Notes: a model not told the origin generated them from the sequence alone. Shown: positions 46,786 to 56,153, counted from the whole stretch's first letter. The stretch: 62,732 bases of DNA, filler included, from Coriobacteriales bacterium (GCA_031263105.1; 5 parts of 5 records of this genome joined end to end with filler, not necessarily neighbours in it), one strand, 5' to 3'. Translations and numbers: made by a program.

Positions 46786-48393
46786 TCACGCGGACTCGAT
46801 GACGCAGGAGTGCGTGCGGGTCTTCTTGTCGTAGCTTATGCCTGCGACCAGCACGGTGCCCGACCAGGCGGCCAACGAGTCCGGGTAGTGCCTGTCACGT
46901 ATCTGGCTTATGGCGGTCTCGGCGGCTGCGTCCCACTTCAGCTCCAGCAGCATCGCCGGGATACCGGATCGATTAGGGCGTGGGATGAAGGCAATATCGA
47001 CAAAGCCCTTGCCGCTCGGAAGCTCTCTGACCAGAGTGTAATAGTCTCTTGCGGCAAAAAGGGCCAAGGAGACCGTGTACGACAGCGCGGCCTCCGAGTT
47101 GTACGTGATGTGGGCGGTGTCCAGGTGTGCGGCCTCTATGCCCGCCGCGACGGATGCGGCGTCGCGCTCCCACAGGGCGTCGAGCAACGCCTTGGATGCC
47201 TGGACGGCTTTCATGACCTCTGGCCACCCGCCGTCCTCCATGGCCCTGCGGTACTCTGCGAGTATCTCTTTGTTGGGGACGAACACCTCGCCGGTCGGGG
47301 AGTCGAGGCCGTCGGTCTCGCTTGTCGGTGTCAGACCTAGGTAGCCCAGATGGACGAGCAGGGTCAAGACGTCGTCCGCCTTGGTGAAGGTGGTCATGTC
47401 GTTCTGGAACTTCGAGGTGTCTGTCGGCACCCTCTCGCCCGCGAGCAGTGCAGTCACCTTGTCGCGCAAGCCGTCGAAATCCAAATCGATGTAGACGCGC
47501 AGCGCCTCGTAGGTCTCGGTTCTCGTCCAATAGCCGCTCAGGTTGTTGTTCTGCAACGCCTTTACGACCGACCTTGGGTTGTAGATCTCGTAGCTGGTGC
47601 CGTTGCTGTCCTGTAGCAGGTAGCCGTTGTACATGACCCTGAAGTCTTCCGCATCGCGCCCGTAGTCTGCGCAAAGGGCCTGCACCTCGTCCTCGGTGAA
47701 CCCGGTGTATCGCGCCAGCTGCAGCTGATCCTCCATCGAGAACTCGTCGAACATGTTGAGCGCCGAATGTGCGCCGTACTTCTTTATCGGCAGTATGCCC
47801 GTCATGTAGGCCAAGGCGATGGAGGGCTTGTCCTTCAGCAGACTCCGCAGGAAGGAGAGGTAGTCCTTCTGCGCCCTCAGGTCGCCCTTCCATTCGCGAA
47901 AGACGCAGTCCCACTCATCGATGATCACGACGAAACGGAGCATGCCGTTCTCCGGCAGGCCCAGCCTTGAGAGGGTGTCTGTCAGGCCGCCTGCGCCACA
48001 GGCATCGCTCCCATAGGCTGCGAGCAGCTCGCTTCGGAGTTTCGACTGGAGCAGGGCGGTCATCTCCTGCATGGTCTGCGATTGCGTGAGAAAGTCGATC
48101 ATGTTGAGGTACAGGACATCGTAGCGGTTGATGCATCGCTCGAACGACGGATGGCCGGCAATCTCGAAAGGGGCAAACAGCTCACGGGAGTCAGCCGAAC
48201 GGTCGTAGTAGGCGCACAGCATCTCGGCGGCCATCGACTTGCCGAAACGACGGGGCCGACTGACGCAGAGGCACTTCTGCTCGGTTTCCAGCACTGAGTT
48301 GGCATAGGCGATAAGGCCGGTCTTGTCCACATAGATGGCGGAATTGACCGATTGCCTGAACCCTGCATTGCCCGGATTCAAATAGATGCCCAT
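46786..48393 (-). CDS. AAA-ATPase-like + PD-(D/E)XK nuclease domain protein
   Basis: YVDKT, RPRRFGKS, IIDEWD, MTGILPI, YNP, GFVDI, LELK, AISQI. Confidence 0.92.
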   Translation of the reverse strand: MGIYLNPGNAGFRQSVNSAIYVDKTGLIAYANSVLETEQKCLCVSRPRRFGKSMAAEMLCAYYDRSADSRELFAPFEIAGHPSFERCINRYDVLYLNMIDFLTQSQTMQEMTALLQSKLRSELLAAYGSDACGAGGLTDTLSRLGLPENGMLRFVVIIDEWDCVFREWKGDLRAQKDYLSFLRSLLKDKPSIALAYMTGILPIKKYGAHSALNMFDEFSMEDQLQLARYTGFTEDEVQALCADYGRDAEDFRVMYNGYLLQDSNGTSYEIYNPRSVVKALQNNNLSGYWTRTETYEALRVYIDLDFDGLRDKVTALLAGERVPTDTSKFQNDMTTFTKADDVLTLLVHLGYLGLTPTSETDGLDSPTGEVFVPNKEILAEYRRAMEDGGWPEVMKAVQASKALLDALWERDAASVAAGIEAAHLDTAHITYNSEAALSYTVSLALFAARDYYTLVRELPSGKGFVDIAFIPRPNRSGIPAMLLELKWDAAAETAISQIRDRHYPDSLAAWSGTVLVAGISYDKKTRTHSCVIESA

Positions 48394-48513
48394 GCCGGCT
48401 CCTCTCTTGGTGAGACCAGTATAGCATCAGGGAAGCGCCGATCAGTTCATTGGCCGCCAGATGGCGCACGAGCAATTAATCGGCGCTTCCCCAGAGCCGT
48501 CCTCTTGTCTTTT

Positions 48514-50259
48514 TCAGAGCTGCGCCGCCGCCTTTCCGGCGAGGCGGCCGAAGGTGACGCTGCGGCCTGCGGCGTCGCCGGCCAGGAGGTTGACGTAGCT
48601 GATGCCGTAGTAGCCGCCCGAGCAGTCGCCTGCGGCGTAGAGGCCTTCGATGGGCTTGCCTGCCGCGTCCAGCACGCGCATGCCCGTGTCGATCCTGACC
48701 CCGTCGAGCGTGGTGATAAAGTAGCCGCCGCGCTGCCTCACGCCGTAGAAGGGGGCGGTGTCAAGGTGCGAGAGGCGATGCGCCTCCTTGCCGAAGTCGC
48801 TGTCTGCGCCGGTGTCCGCGAGCTCGTTGTAGCGGGCGACGGTGGCGGCAAAGGCGGTGGCAGGGATGTTGAGCCTCTCGGCGAGCTCCTCGACGGTGCC
48901 GGCCTCGACGATGACTCCGGCGGCCGCAAGCTCTGCGTTCATGCCCGCGACGACCGGGTCGAGGGGCATGACGGGCAGGGCGCCGTTGTTGTAGGGGTAC
49001 AGGCGCGAGCAGCCATGGGTCTCGAAGCGGAGGATGTCGGCCGCATAGTTCGAGTCCCAGACGGTGCAATAGGTCTTCTCCCTGATGCCGTTGGCGGTGT
49101 GGAGGATAAAGTCGTAGGGGCCGCTCTCGTTGGTGAAGCGGTTGCCGTCGAGGTCCACCTTGAGGAAGGGCTGCGAGCCCATCCAGAAGAAGTTGCCGTC
49201 GGCGACGTCGGTGGAATCAGGCGGTATGGCCCCGCGGTCGAAGATCATCCCCGCATGTACCGGATCCATGGCGGCGCCGGCCCAGAGCATGGCCTTGATG
49301 CCGTCGCCGGTACAGGACGGAAAGGCGAAGTGCACGCTGGCCATGTCGAGCGTGCCCGGCTGCAGGGCCTCGAGCATCTCGGTGTTGGCGGCATAGCCGC
49401 CTGTGCAGACGATGACGCCCTTGCTGGCGCGGTAGCGCACGACGCCCTCCTCGGTCTCTGCGTACAGGCCGGTGACGCGTTCGCCTTCCTGGGAAAGCTG
49501 GAGCATCGTGGTGCCCATATGCGCCTCGAGCCCCAGCCTCTTGCCGTAGTCCAGCAAGAACCCGCCGGTCATGGTGAAGCTTCCGACATTGGGGTCGGCA
49601 GGATCCGACCATTGCAGGGAGTGCCCCACGTCGTAATGGGGCGTGTTGAGCGTGCCCAGCGTGGATGTCTCGAACTTGAACTCGTAGCCGTTCTCGGCCA
49701 GACGCTCGGTGTACCAGTCGATGGCCTCGCCGGAGTGGTCCGCCCACACCTTGTAGAGGCGCTCGTCGCCATAGCCGGAGGAGTGGCGCGTCATCTCGTT
49801 GATGACGGTGAAGGCGTCGGGGTTGTCGCCCGTCTCCTGCTGCTGCGTGGAGTTGAGCGCGGCCAAGGTGTCGCGGACGCCGTTGCCGATCTCCGGTTGC
49901 TTGTCGATGAGGACGGTCTGCGCCCCCTCTTCGACGGCCGCGCAGGCGGCAAAGCACCCGGCGGTGCCGGCACCGACCACGAGGACCTCTGTCTCGACCG
50001 TCCTCACAACATCACCCTCGGCGATCTCTTGAGGGGCGCCCAGCCAATCGGCAGCGGCCCTGTTGCCGCCCGCGCCGCCGCCCTCGCCTGCGGCGGGCGT
50101 CTCTGGTGCGCTTGAAGCGGGGGCGCACCCCGCAAGTATCCCCGCGCCTGCTCCCAGCACACCTGCGCCGGCGGCAGCTACGAGAAAGCCACGCCTCGAC
50201 AGGCCCTCGCTGAACAGGCCCTCGCCGGTCTCCCTGTTCCGTTCTTGTTCTTTGTTCAT
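48514..50259 (-). CDS. Tat-exported lipoprotein FAD-dependent oxidoreductase (FAD_binding_2 family)
   Basis: SRRGFL, LAGC lipobox, GAGTAG, CTGGY, GNRFTNE, GLYAAGD, TFGRLAG. Confidence 0.92.
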   Translation of the reverse strand: MNKEQERNRETGEGLFSEGLSRRGFLVAAAGAGVLGAGAGILAGCAPASSAPETPAAGEGGGAGGNRAAADWLGAPQEIAEGDVVRTVETEVLVVGAGTAGCFAACAAVEEGAQTVLIDKQPEIGNGVRDTLAALNSTQQQETGDNPDAFTVINEMTRHSSGYGDERLYKVWADHSGEAIDWYTERLAENGYEFKFETSTLGTLNTPHYDVGHSLQWSDPADPNVGSFTMTGGFLLDYGKRLGLEAHMGTTMLQLSQEGERVTGLYAETEEGVVRYRASKGVIVCTGGYAANTEMLEALQPGTLDMASVHFAFPSCTGDGIKAMLWAGAAMDPVHAGMIFDRGAIPPDSTDVADGNFFWMGSQPFLKVDLDGNRFTNESGPYDFILHTANGIREKTYCTVWDSNYAADILRFETHGCSRLYPYNNGALPVMPLDPVVAGMNAELAAAGVIVEAGTVEELAERLNIPATAFAATVARYNELADTGADSDFGKEAHRLSHLDTAPFYGVRQRGGYFITTLDGVRIDTGMRVLDAAGKPIEGLYAAGDCSGGYYGISYVNLLAGDAAGRSVTFGRLAGKAAAQL

Positions 50260-50342
50260 GTGTGGCTCTCTTTCTTCCCGGTTTGTTTGCACTCCTGCTT
50301 TCGCACGGAGTGTGCGTGCTCTCTGCCCTGCAGGGCATCTAC

Positions 50343-50438
50343 AGGATAGAGGCAAAGGAAGCCCGCATCCTCACGTGTTTCCGGGTATTGTGTCTTGTGT
50401 GCGGGTGGATTGGGCACAAATACCCGATAATGGGTGAG
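50343..50438 (-). promoter_or_regulatory. Two 6-7-6 boxes and the -10 of the second flavoprotein gene
   Basis: CTCACG-N7-GGGTAT (50370-50388), ATACCC-N7-GGTGAG (50420-50438), minus-strand TATCCT at 50348. Confidence 0.6.
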
Positions 50439-50472
50439 GAGAGGGCAGCCGCAGCATGCGAGCATGTACGTG

Positions 50473-50520
50473 AAGAGAGGGTCCAAGAGAGGGCCCAAGA
50501 GAGGGTTCAAGAGAGGGCAC
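50473..50520 (+). repeat. 4 x 12-bp tandem AAGAGAGGGNNC just upstream of the LuxR start
   Basis: Direct reading. Confidence 0.9.
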
Positions 50521-50527
50521 GTCACAC

Positions 50528-52087
50528 ATGAACAGACCGGTTCCACTCTATCATTTCGGCTGGGCGTTCTTGCTCGCTTGGGTGTTCTGCGTGTTTTATG
50601 TCCAGGTGGTGGAGGGATACACGAGCGCGATGCCCGCAGTTCTCGGGGCATACGACAGGTTGACCACGCTGCTCCTCGTCGGCCTGCCTGTCCTGTCGTC
50701 CGTGGCGACCCTTCTTGCAATCGTGGGACTTGAGAGACGCTTCGGTTCGCCAGCCGTGCATCCGGTGCTCTTTTGGCTCGCCCCGCTCGCCACCGCTTTC
50801 TCGTGCCCGCTTCTGTTCATCCAGTACGAGAGCTTCGAGCTCACCTTGCTCCTCTTTACCGTAGGGGCCCTGCTCACCGGCTCAGGCAGCGGCTTTATGT
50901 GGGTGATGTGGGGAGAGTGCTATTCGAGGATCCCTCAGGACGAGGTCGAGCACATCGCACCCGTCTCCACGGCGGTTGCCGCAGTGCTGGTCTTGCTGGT
51001 GTCGTCCATGAGCGGATGGGCCCCGCTCCTCGTCGTCATGTGCTTCCCCCTGGCAAGCGGCGCGTGCCTGCTGCTTTCGCGGCGCGACGGCGCTGGCCGG
51101 GGAGCCTCGGTGGCATATGCGGGCGGGGCGGCAGGGCATCTGGCCGTGAGGAGCACACCTCCCCAGGTCGCCTCGACTCCCTGGGACGCCCTGCGCACTA
51201 TGGGACGCACAGGGTTCGGCATTTTGACTGCGTGCCTGTTCGTATGCCTGCTCGGCAGCTTTTGGGAGGCCCAGTCCGGCGAGCTCTACCTCCACCAGGC
51301 AGTCATCGTGGCAAGCATCCTGTTCACGATTGTCGTAGCCCTCGTCTCCACGAAGGGCCCGCGCAGGATATCGGTGACCTATCTCTTGCGGTGGATGTGC
51401 CCGGTGCTGGTGCTGGGCTTTGTGTCGGTCATCATCTGGGGGCCGAATGTCGGCAGCTATGTCGCCTACCTCATCGCCATCGCCTCGCGCTTCGCGTTCT
51501 GCCTCATCACGCAGATGTTCTTTGCGCGCTTCGCCGCATGCGGGCGCACCACCGCCGTGCAGGCCTACGGCTTCGGCTGGGCCTTTGTGCACCTGGGGGA
51601 CTTCGTCGGCGTGGTGGCCATCGTGGTGCTCGGTGCCTTGAGAACGGAGGGCGTGGTGGCCACAAACGAGACCGCCGCCGCATCCATCGCCGTGCTCACC
51701 GTCCTCACGATGTTTCTGATCGGCAGCACCAAGGGCTCTTCCCTCGACCGCGCCGTACAGGCCGGGGAGCCCTCGGATGCAGGGACGCTCGGGCAGATGC
51801 TTGCCGGGAAAGCCGGGGCGGTGCGGAGCGAGGGCGAGGGCGAGGGCGAGGGCGAGGGCGAGGGCCTTGAGGGCAGGATCCGCACTCTCTCCCGGTCCCA
51901 TGCCCTCACCCCCCGCGAGACGGAGGTGTTCGGGCTGCTCGCCCGGGGGCGCTCGGTGCCCTTCATCCGCGACGCCCTCGTGATATCGCGTGAGACGGCA
52001 GCAACCCACGTAAAGCACGTCTACGTCAAACTCGACGTGCACTCACGCCAGGAGCTCATCGACCTCGTGTACGGCGAAGGCACCTGA
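50528..52087 (+). CDS. Multi-TM LuxR-family one-component regulator
   Basis: ~12 TM segments, (GE)n linker, LTPRETEV...LARGRS...HVKHVYVKLDVHSRQELIDL. Confidence 0.93.
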   Translation: MNRPVPLYHFGWAFLLAWVFCVFYVQVVEGYTSAMPAVLGAYDRLTTLLLVGLPVLSSVATLLAIVGLERRFGSPAVHPVLFWLAPLATAFSCPLLFIQYESFELTLLLFTVGALLTGSGSGFMWVMWGECYSRIPQDEVEHIAPVSTAVAAVLVLLVSSMSGWAPLLVVMCFPLASGACLLLSRRDGAGRGASVAYAGGAAGHLAVRSTPPQVASTPWDALRTMGRTGFGILTACLFVCLLGSFWEAQSGELYLHQAVIVASILFTIVVALVSTKGPRRISVTYLLRWMCPVLVLGFVSVIIWGPNVGSYVAYLIAIASRFAFCLITQMFFARFAACGRTTAVQAYGFGWAFVHLGDFVGVVAIVVLGALRTEGVVATNETAAASIAVLTVLTMFLIGSTKGSSLDRAVQAGEPSDAGTLGQMLAGKAGAVRSEGEGEGEGEGEGLEGRIRTLSRSHALTPRETEVFGLLARGRSVPFIRDALVISRETAATHVKHVYVKLDVHSRQELIDLVYGEGT

Positions 52088-52138
52088 GCGGCTCGGCACA
52101 AGGATCCAAGGTTTCGGTGCAGAAGTTACGCTGGCCGT

Positions 52139-53065
52139 TCAGTCGTTGATGGCCTCGATGCCCAGGTGCTTCATCTCGTCGAGGTTCTCCCTCATGGTGC
52201 GCAGTTCCTCCGGGGTGTGGCCGGCCCAGTCGGAAACCTCGCCGACGATGCGGAGGGGTTCCCTCGAGCGGTAGGACCTTGTGACGTTGCCAGGGAACTT
52301 CTTGTCGGTCAGGTTGGGGTCGTCCTCGAACCCGCCTGTGGGCTCTACGACATAGACCCGTCCCTTGCCGTCTCCCTCGGCAAGCTCTGCCGCCCAGGCC
52401 ACCCCGTCGGGCAGCGAGGTGAAGTAGATGTAGTTTGCCTTTTCTCCTTCGCCGTAGTTGGATCTGTGGCCCGGTGACAGCAGGTCCCCGACGGACAGGT
52501 CCGCTTTCGTGCCGTGGTAGAACGGCCCCTTGTCGTCGATTCCCCGTGCCACCCGTATCTGTAGGCCTGCCATGACGTCGAGCGCCGCCTGATGCAGCTT
52601 CGGGTCGTGGCTCGCGGTGCACCTCGCATCGACGACGATCGGTGTCTCCGGCTGCGCCGTCTTCGCGAGGACGGCGTTCGAGATGACGCAGATGTTCGAG
52701 ACGAGGCCGACGAGCTCGATTCGCTCGAACGGTGTCGCCTTCAGATACTCGAACAGCTCGTCGGAGCCGAACGCGCCTTTACAAAAGCGCATGTCGTCTT
52801 CCTGGAGCAGTTTCGCCGTCTCGCCGTAAAGGTCGTGCCCGAAAGTCCCTTCGACGCAGTGCGGCACGGCAAGGCACTTCCCCTCCTGCGTCTTCAGGTA
52901 GTCCGCACCGTGCGTGTCGAACGTGAACATGACGGTGTCGCCGTCTGCGCGGTACCTCTCGATCTTCTCCGCAATCAGAGAGTCCAGGAGCTCTGCGCCC
53001 GGAAACCCGAGCGAGCCTGACACGAAGTCGTTCTGATAATCGACCACAATCAAGCATCTTTGCAT
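52139..53065 (-). CDS. Fusion: nicotinamidase-like cysteine hydrolase + NAD+-rifampin ADP-ribosyltransferase (Arr)
   Basis: VVDYQNDF, DTH, PHC, GLVSNICV, then FYHGTKADL, YFT, WAAELA, VEPTG, EDDPNLTDKKFPGN, RSYRS in one frame. Confidence 0.92.
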   Translation of the reverse strand: MQRCLIVVDYQNDFVSGSLGFPGAELLDSLIAEKIERYRADGDTVMFTFDTHGADYLKTQEGKCLAVPHCVEGTFGHDLYGETAKLLQEDDMRFCKGAFGSDELFEYLKATPFERIELVGLVSNICVISNAVLAKTAQPETPIVVDARCTASHDPKLHQAALDVMAGLQIRVARGIDDKGPFYHGTKADLSVGDLLSPGHRSNYGEGEKANYIYFTSLPDGVAWAAELAEGDGKGRVYVVEPTGGFEDDPNLTDKKFPGNVTRSYRSREPLRIVGEVSDWAGHTPEELRTMRENLDEMKHLGIEAIND

Positions 53066-53227
53066 CCTCGTTATCCCTTCCCTCATCCTCGGGCATCCGG
53101 ATCCCGGTGCTCCCTGTCGTCGAGCAGCGGGTTTTCAACCATACATCATGCGCTTCTTCCGCACTCGCCTGTGCGCGGCACAGGCGAGTGGCGCCTCGAA
53201 TGCCGACCCCTCCATTATAACGGTAGC

Positions 53228-53404
53228 GCCGCGCAGCTCGTGCTCATGGCCGGCGTCCTTGTGACGGCAGGCTTCGAATGGGAGGTCTCCCTGAGCCCGG
53301 CGCTGCTCTTCTCGGCATCTTTCCTGCTCTACATGGTCCAGGGGACAAGCTACCTTCTGCTCGAGGGGAGGGGGGCGCGACCCGATGCCGAGGCTGAGAA
53401 CTGA
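53228..53404 (+). pseudogene. Probable truncated or very small membrane-protein ORF preceding the XRE gene
   Basis: Two hydrophobic stretches in a frame overlapping the XRE start; no convincing 5' part. Confidence 0.35.
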
Positions 53405-53588
53405 GCTGAGGCGCTTCCGCCAGGAGCGCGGCATGCGCCAGGAGGAGCTGGCCGAGCTGGTGGGGGTCCGCCGAGAGACGGTCCTGCGCCTCGAGAAGGG
53501 CCTCTACAACCCCTCGCTGAGGCTCGCGATGGACGTCGCAAAGGTGTTCGGCGTGAGCGTTGAGGAGATGTTCTCGTTCGAGGAGTGA
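53385..53588 (+). CDS. XRE/Cro-family HTH regulator
   Basis: QEELAELVGVRRETVLRLEKGLYNPSLRLA...VEEMF. Confidence 0.93.
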   Translation: MPRLRTELRRFRQERGMRQEELAELVGVRRETVLRLEKGLYNPSLRLAMDVAKVFGVSVEEMFSFEE

Positions 53589-53824
53589 GAGGCGCTGTGC
53601 TCTGGGCAACCACTTTAGCGAAATCCCTCGTGTCAGTTCGGAGTACACATCTCCGCTTCCATTTTTGTTCAAGCGGCGATAAGGGGGTTTTAGCGGGGAC
53701 TCAATGATACAATGACTGCATGTCGTTTCTTCGACCCGGCTTTGAAGGCAAAAGCTCACGAATCGACCGAATGGAAACCCTCAATGGAGTTTTTCTTTAA
53801 ATAGAACTTTCCCAATGAGTGAGA

Positions 53825-53917
53825 CTATACCACTTGTTTTCGCGGCCTGCCCCGCTTCCTCTTCGGCGGCTCCTCCGCCTTGGGGATCAGGCCTAGGCTT
53901 TGGAGCACGAGCTCATG
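53825..53917 (-). mobile_element. 3' end of a gene cut by the contig end, possibly an IS transposase
   Basis: Manual translation HELVLQSLGLIPKAEEPPKRKRGRPRKQVV-stop; AT-rich flank; contig break. Confidence 0.4.
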
Positions 53918-54017
53918 NNNNNNNNNNNNNNNNNNNNNNNNNNNNNNNNNNNNNNNNNNNNTTAATTAATTAANNNNNNNNNNNNNNNNNNNNNNNNNNN
54001 NNNNNNNNNNNNNNNNN
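53918..54017. other. Artificial contig linker
   Basis: N run with TTAATTAATTAA. Confidence 0.98.
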
Positions 54018-54124
54018 CGACCGCGCCAGCGGTCGACTGTAGGGTGAAGGGTCTTTCGACCTGCGGTCGACCGCTGGCGCGGTCGAAGATTCCGCGACAG
54101 GTTCGGAATGACAGTGGGGGCGTG
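54018..54124. repeat. REP-like element, right part at the contig start
   Basis: CGACCGCTGGCGCGGTCG core and TCGGAATGACAGTGGGGGCGTG arm. Confidence 0.85.
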
Positions 54125-54211
54125 TCCAGCAACCCACCACTCGCGCCGACCGCACCGACCGCTGGGGCCTGCACTGGTAGCGCTCCCTGCTTTCCTATAC
54201 AATCGTATGCC

Positions 54212-55735
54212 ATGTCTGCCGTAGCAAAGAACAAGCTCATCATAGCGCTCTCCCTCGCGATGTTCCTCGCGGCGGTCGAGGGCACCATCGTGACGCTCGC
54301 GACCCCGACCATCGTCAAGGACCTCGCGGGCTTCGACCTCATCAGCCACGTCTTCTCCGTCTACCTGCTCACGGGCGCCTTGGCCTCGCCCGTCTACGGG
54401 AAGCTCAGCGACCTCTACGGTCGCAAGAGGACCCTCATGGTCGGCATCGCGGTGTTCCTTGCGGGCAGCGCGCTCTGCGGCCTTGCGCAGGGCATGGGCA
54501 TGCTCATCGCCTTCCGCGCCCTGCAGGGCATCGGCGCCGGGGCCATCTACACGGTGCCGATGATACTGGTCGGCGACGTCTTCCCCCTCCGGGAGCGCGG
54601 CAAGGTGCAGGGCTCCCTGAGCATGGTCTGGGGGATAGCGGGGCTGTTCGGCCCCTTCCTCGGCGGGCTGCTCATAGACCTCTTGTCGTGGCATTGGATA
54701 TTCTTCATCAACATCCCCTTCGGCATCCTCACGCTCGTCATCCTGCAGACGAGCCTCCATGAGGAGGCCCGCCACGAGAGGCGCCACATCGACTTCCCGG
54801 GCATCGTTGCACTGACCGGCGCGATGCTGGCTTTCCTCGCCATATTCCTGTTCGGGGAGACGGGCGGCACGCTCCTCACCGTGCGCAACGCCCTGCTGCT
54901 CCTCTCCTCCCTCGTGCTCCTGTTCGTCTTCTGGCGCATCGAGAGGCGTTCGCCCGAGCCGCTCGTCCCCCTCGACGTGCTCACGAGGTCGAGCGTGTTC
55001 GTGAACGTCATCTCGCTGTTCTTCATGGCCGCGCTCATCGGGATAGACGTCTATGCTCCCATCTATCTGCAGAACATCAAGGGCCTCACCCCTCTTCTCG
55101 CGGGGCTTGTGCTGCTGCCCATGTCGCTCTCCTGGATGTTGGCGTCGATCCCCGTCGGGCGCTTCATCGTGCGGTTCGGCGGAAAGCCCGTGCTCGGCGT
55201 CGGCACGGCCCTCGCGCTGGTGGGCATCGTGCCGCTCCTGTTCCTTACGAGCTCCAGCCCCGTCCCTCTGCTTGTCGCGCTCGTGTTCTTCCTGGGGATA
55301 GGCTTCAGCGTCTCCATGTCGACCCAGATGATGATAATCCAGGACTCGGTGGGCTTCGAGAAGCGCGGCTCGGCGGTCGCGGTGAACTCGCTGGTGCGCA
55401 ACCTCGGCCAGACCGTCGGCATCAGCGTCTTCGGCGCGCTCTTCAACCTGGGCATAGTCCGAGGCTTCGAGGCGGGAGGCATCGTCACCTACGACCTCGG
55501 CAACCTCTATGACCTGGGCTCCTATCAGCTGGGGGTGACCTGGGACCAGGTCGTCGTGGTGCTCACCGATGCGGTCCATGTGGTCTTTGCCGTCTTTGCC
55601 GCCGTCGTGGCGCTGTGCCTCCTCCTTGCGCTCGTCATGCCGAGGCCGGTCCTGGTGAGCCAGCCGAAGGGCGCGCCTCCTCTTCCCGAGGGGCCTGACG
55701 GGCCCAGGGCGGCCGAGGCGCCGGAAGCGCAGTAA
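54212..55735 (+). CDS. DHA2 (EmrB/QacA-like) MFS efflux transporter
   Basis: GKLSDLYGRKR, RALQGIGAG, GPFLGG, WHWIFFINIP; ~14 TM; TACAAT at 54197. Confidence 0.93.
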   Translation: MSAVAKNKLIIALSLAMFLAAVEGTIVTLATPTIVKDLAGFDLISHVFSVYLLTGALASPVYGKLSDLYGRKRTLMVGIAVFLAGSALCGLAQGMGMLIAFRALQGIGAGAIYTVPMILVGDVFPLRERGKVQGSLSMVWGIAGLFGPFLGGLLIDLLSWHWIFFINIPFGILTLVILQTSLHEEARHERRHIDFPGIVALTGAMLAFLAIFLFGETGGTLLTVRNALLLLSSLVLLFVFWRIERRSPEPLVPLDVLTRSSVFVNVISLFFMAALIGIDVYAPIYLQNIKGLTPLLAGLVLLPMSLSWMLASIPVGRFIVRFGGKPVLGVGTALALVGIVPLLFLTSSSPVPLLVALVFFLGIGFSVSMSTQMMIIQDSVGFEKRGSAVAVNSLVRNLGQTVGISVFGALFNLGIVRGFEAGGIVTYDLGNLYDLGSYQLGVTWDQVVVVLTDAVHVVFAVFAAVVALCLLLALVMPRPVLVSQPKGAPPLPEGPDGPRAAEAPEAQ

Positions 55736-55840
55736 GCCCGCTGCCCCACACCCGTGCCCCTTTGGCGTACAATGGGCAGGGACGGCCTTGGTGTCGCAGG
55801 GTCGCCGCCTCTGCACACATCAGACATAAGGGGGTTTCCC

Positions 55841-56080
55841 ATGCCGACACTTTCCCTGTACTACTCGCCGACCTGTCCCTTTTCCCTCAAGGTGCTCCGC
55901 TTTATGGAGAAGAGCGGCATCGTGCTCGACCTCAAGAGCACGACGGAGCCTGAGAACCTCAAGGTACTGCTCGAAGTGGGGAAGAAGAACCAGGTCCCCT
56001 GCCTCTTCGTGGACGGCAAGCCCCTGTACGAGAGCGACGACATCATCTCCTACCTCACGCAGAACTTCGCAGTCCGCTGA
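55841..56080 (+). CDS. Glutaredoxin-like protein (CPFS)
   Basis: CPFS, QVPCL, LYESDDII. Confidence 0.9.
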   Translation: MPTLSLYYSPTCPFSLKVLRFMEKSGIVLDLKSTTEPENLKVLLEVGKKNQVPCLFVDGKPLYESDDIISYLTQNFAVR

Positions 56081-56153
56081 GCACGGCACCGGCGAGGAGG
56101 AAAGCGGCGGTTTGGCAACGGAACGAGGGCGGTTCCGTTGACAGGGGCCGCCT

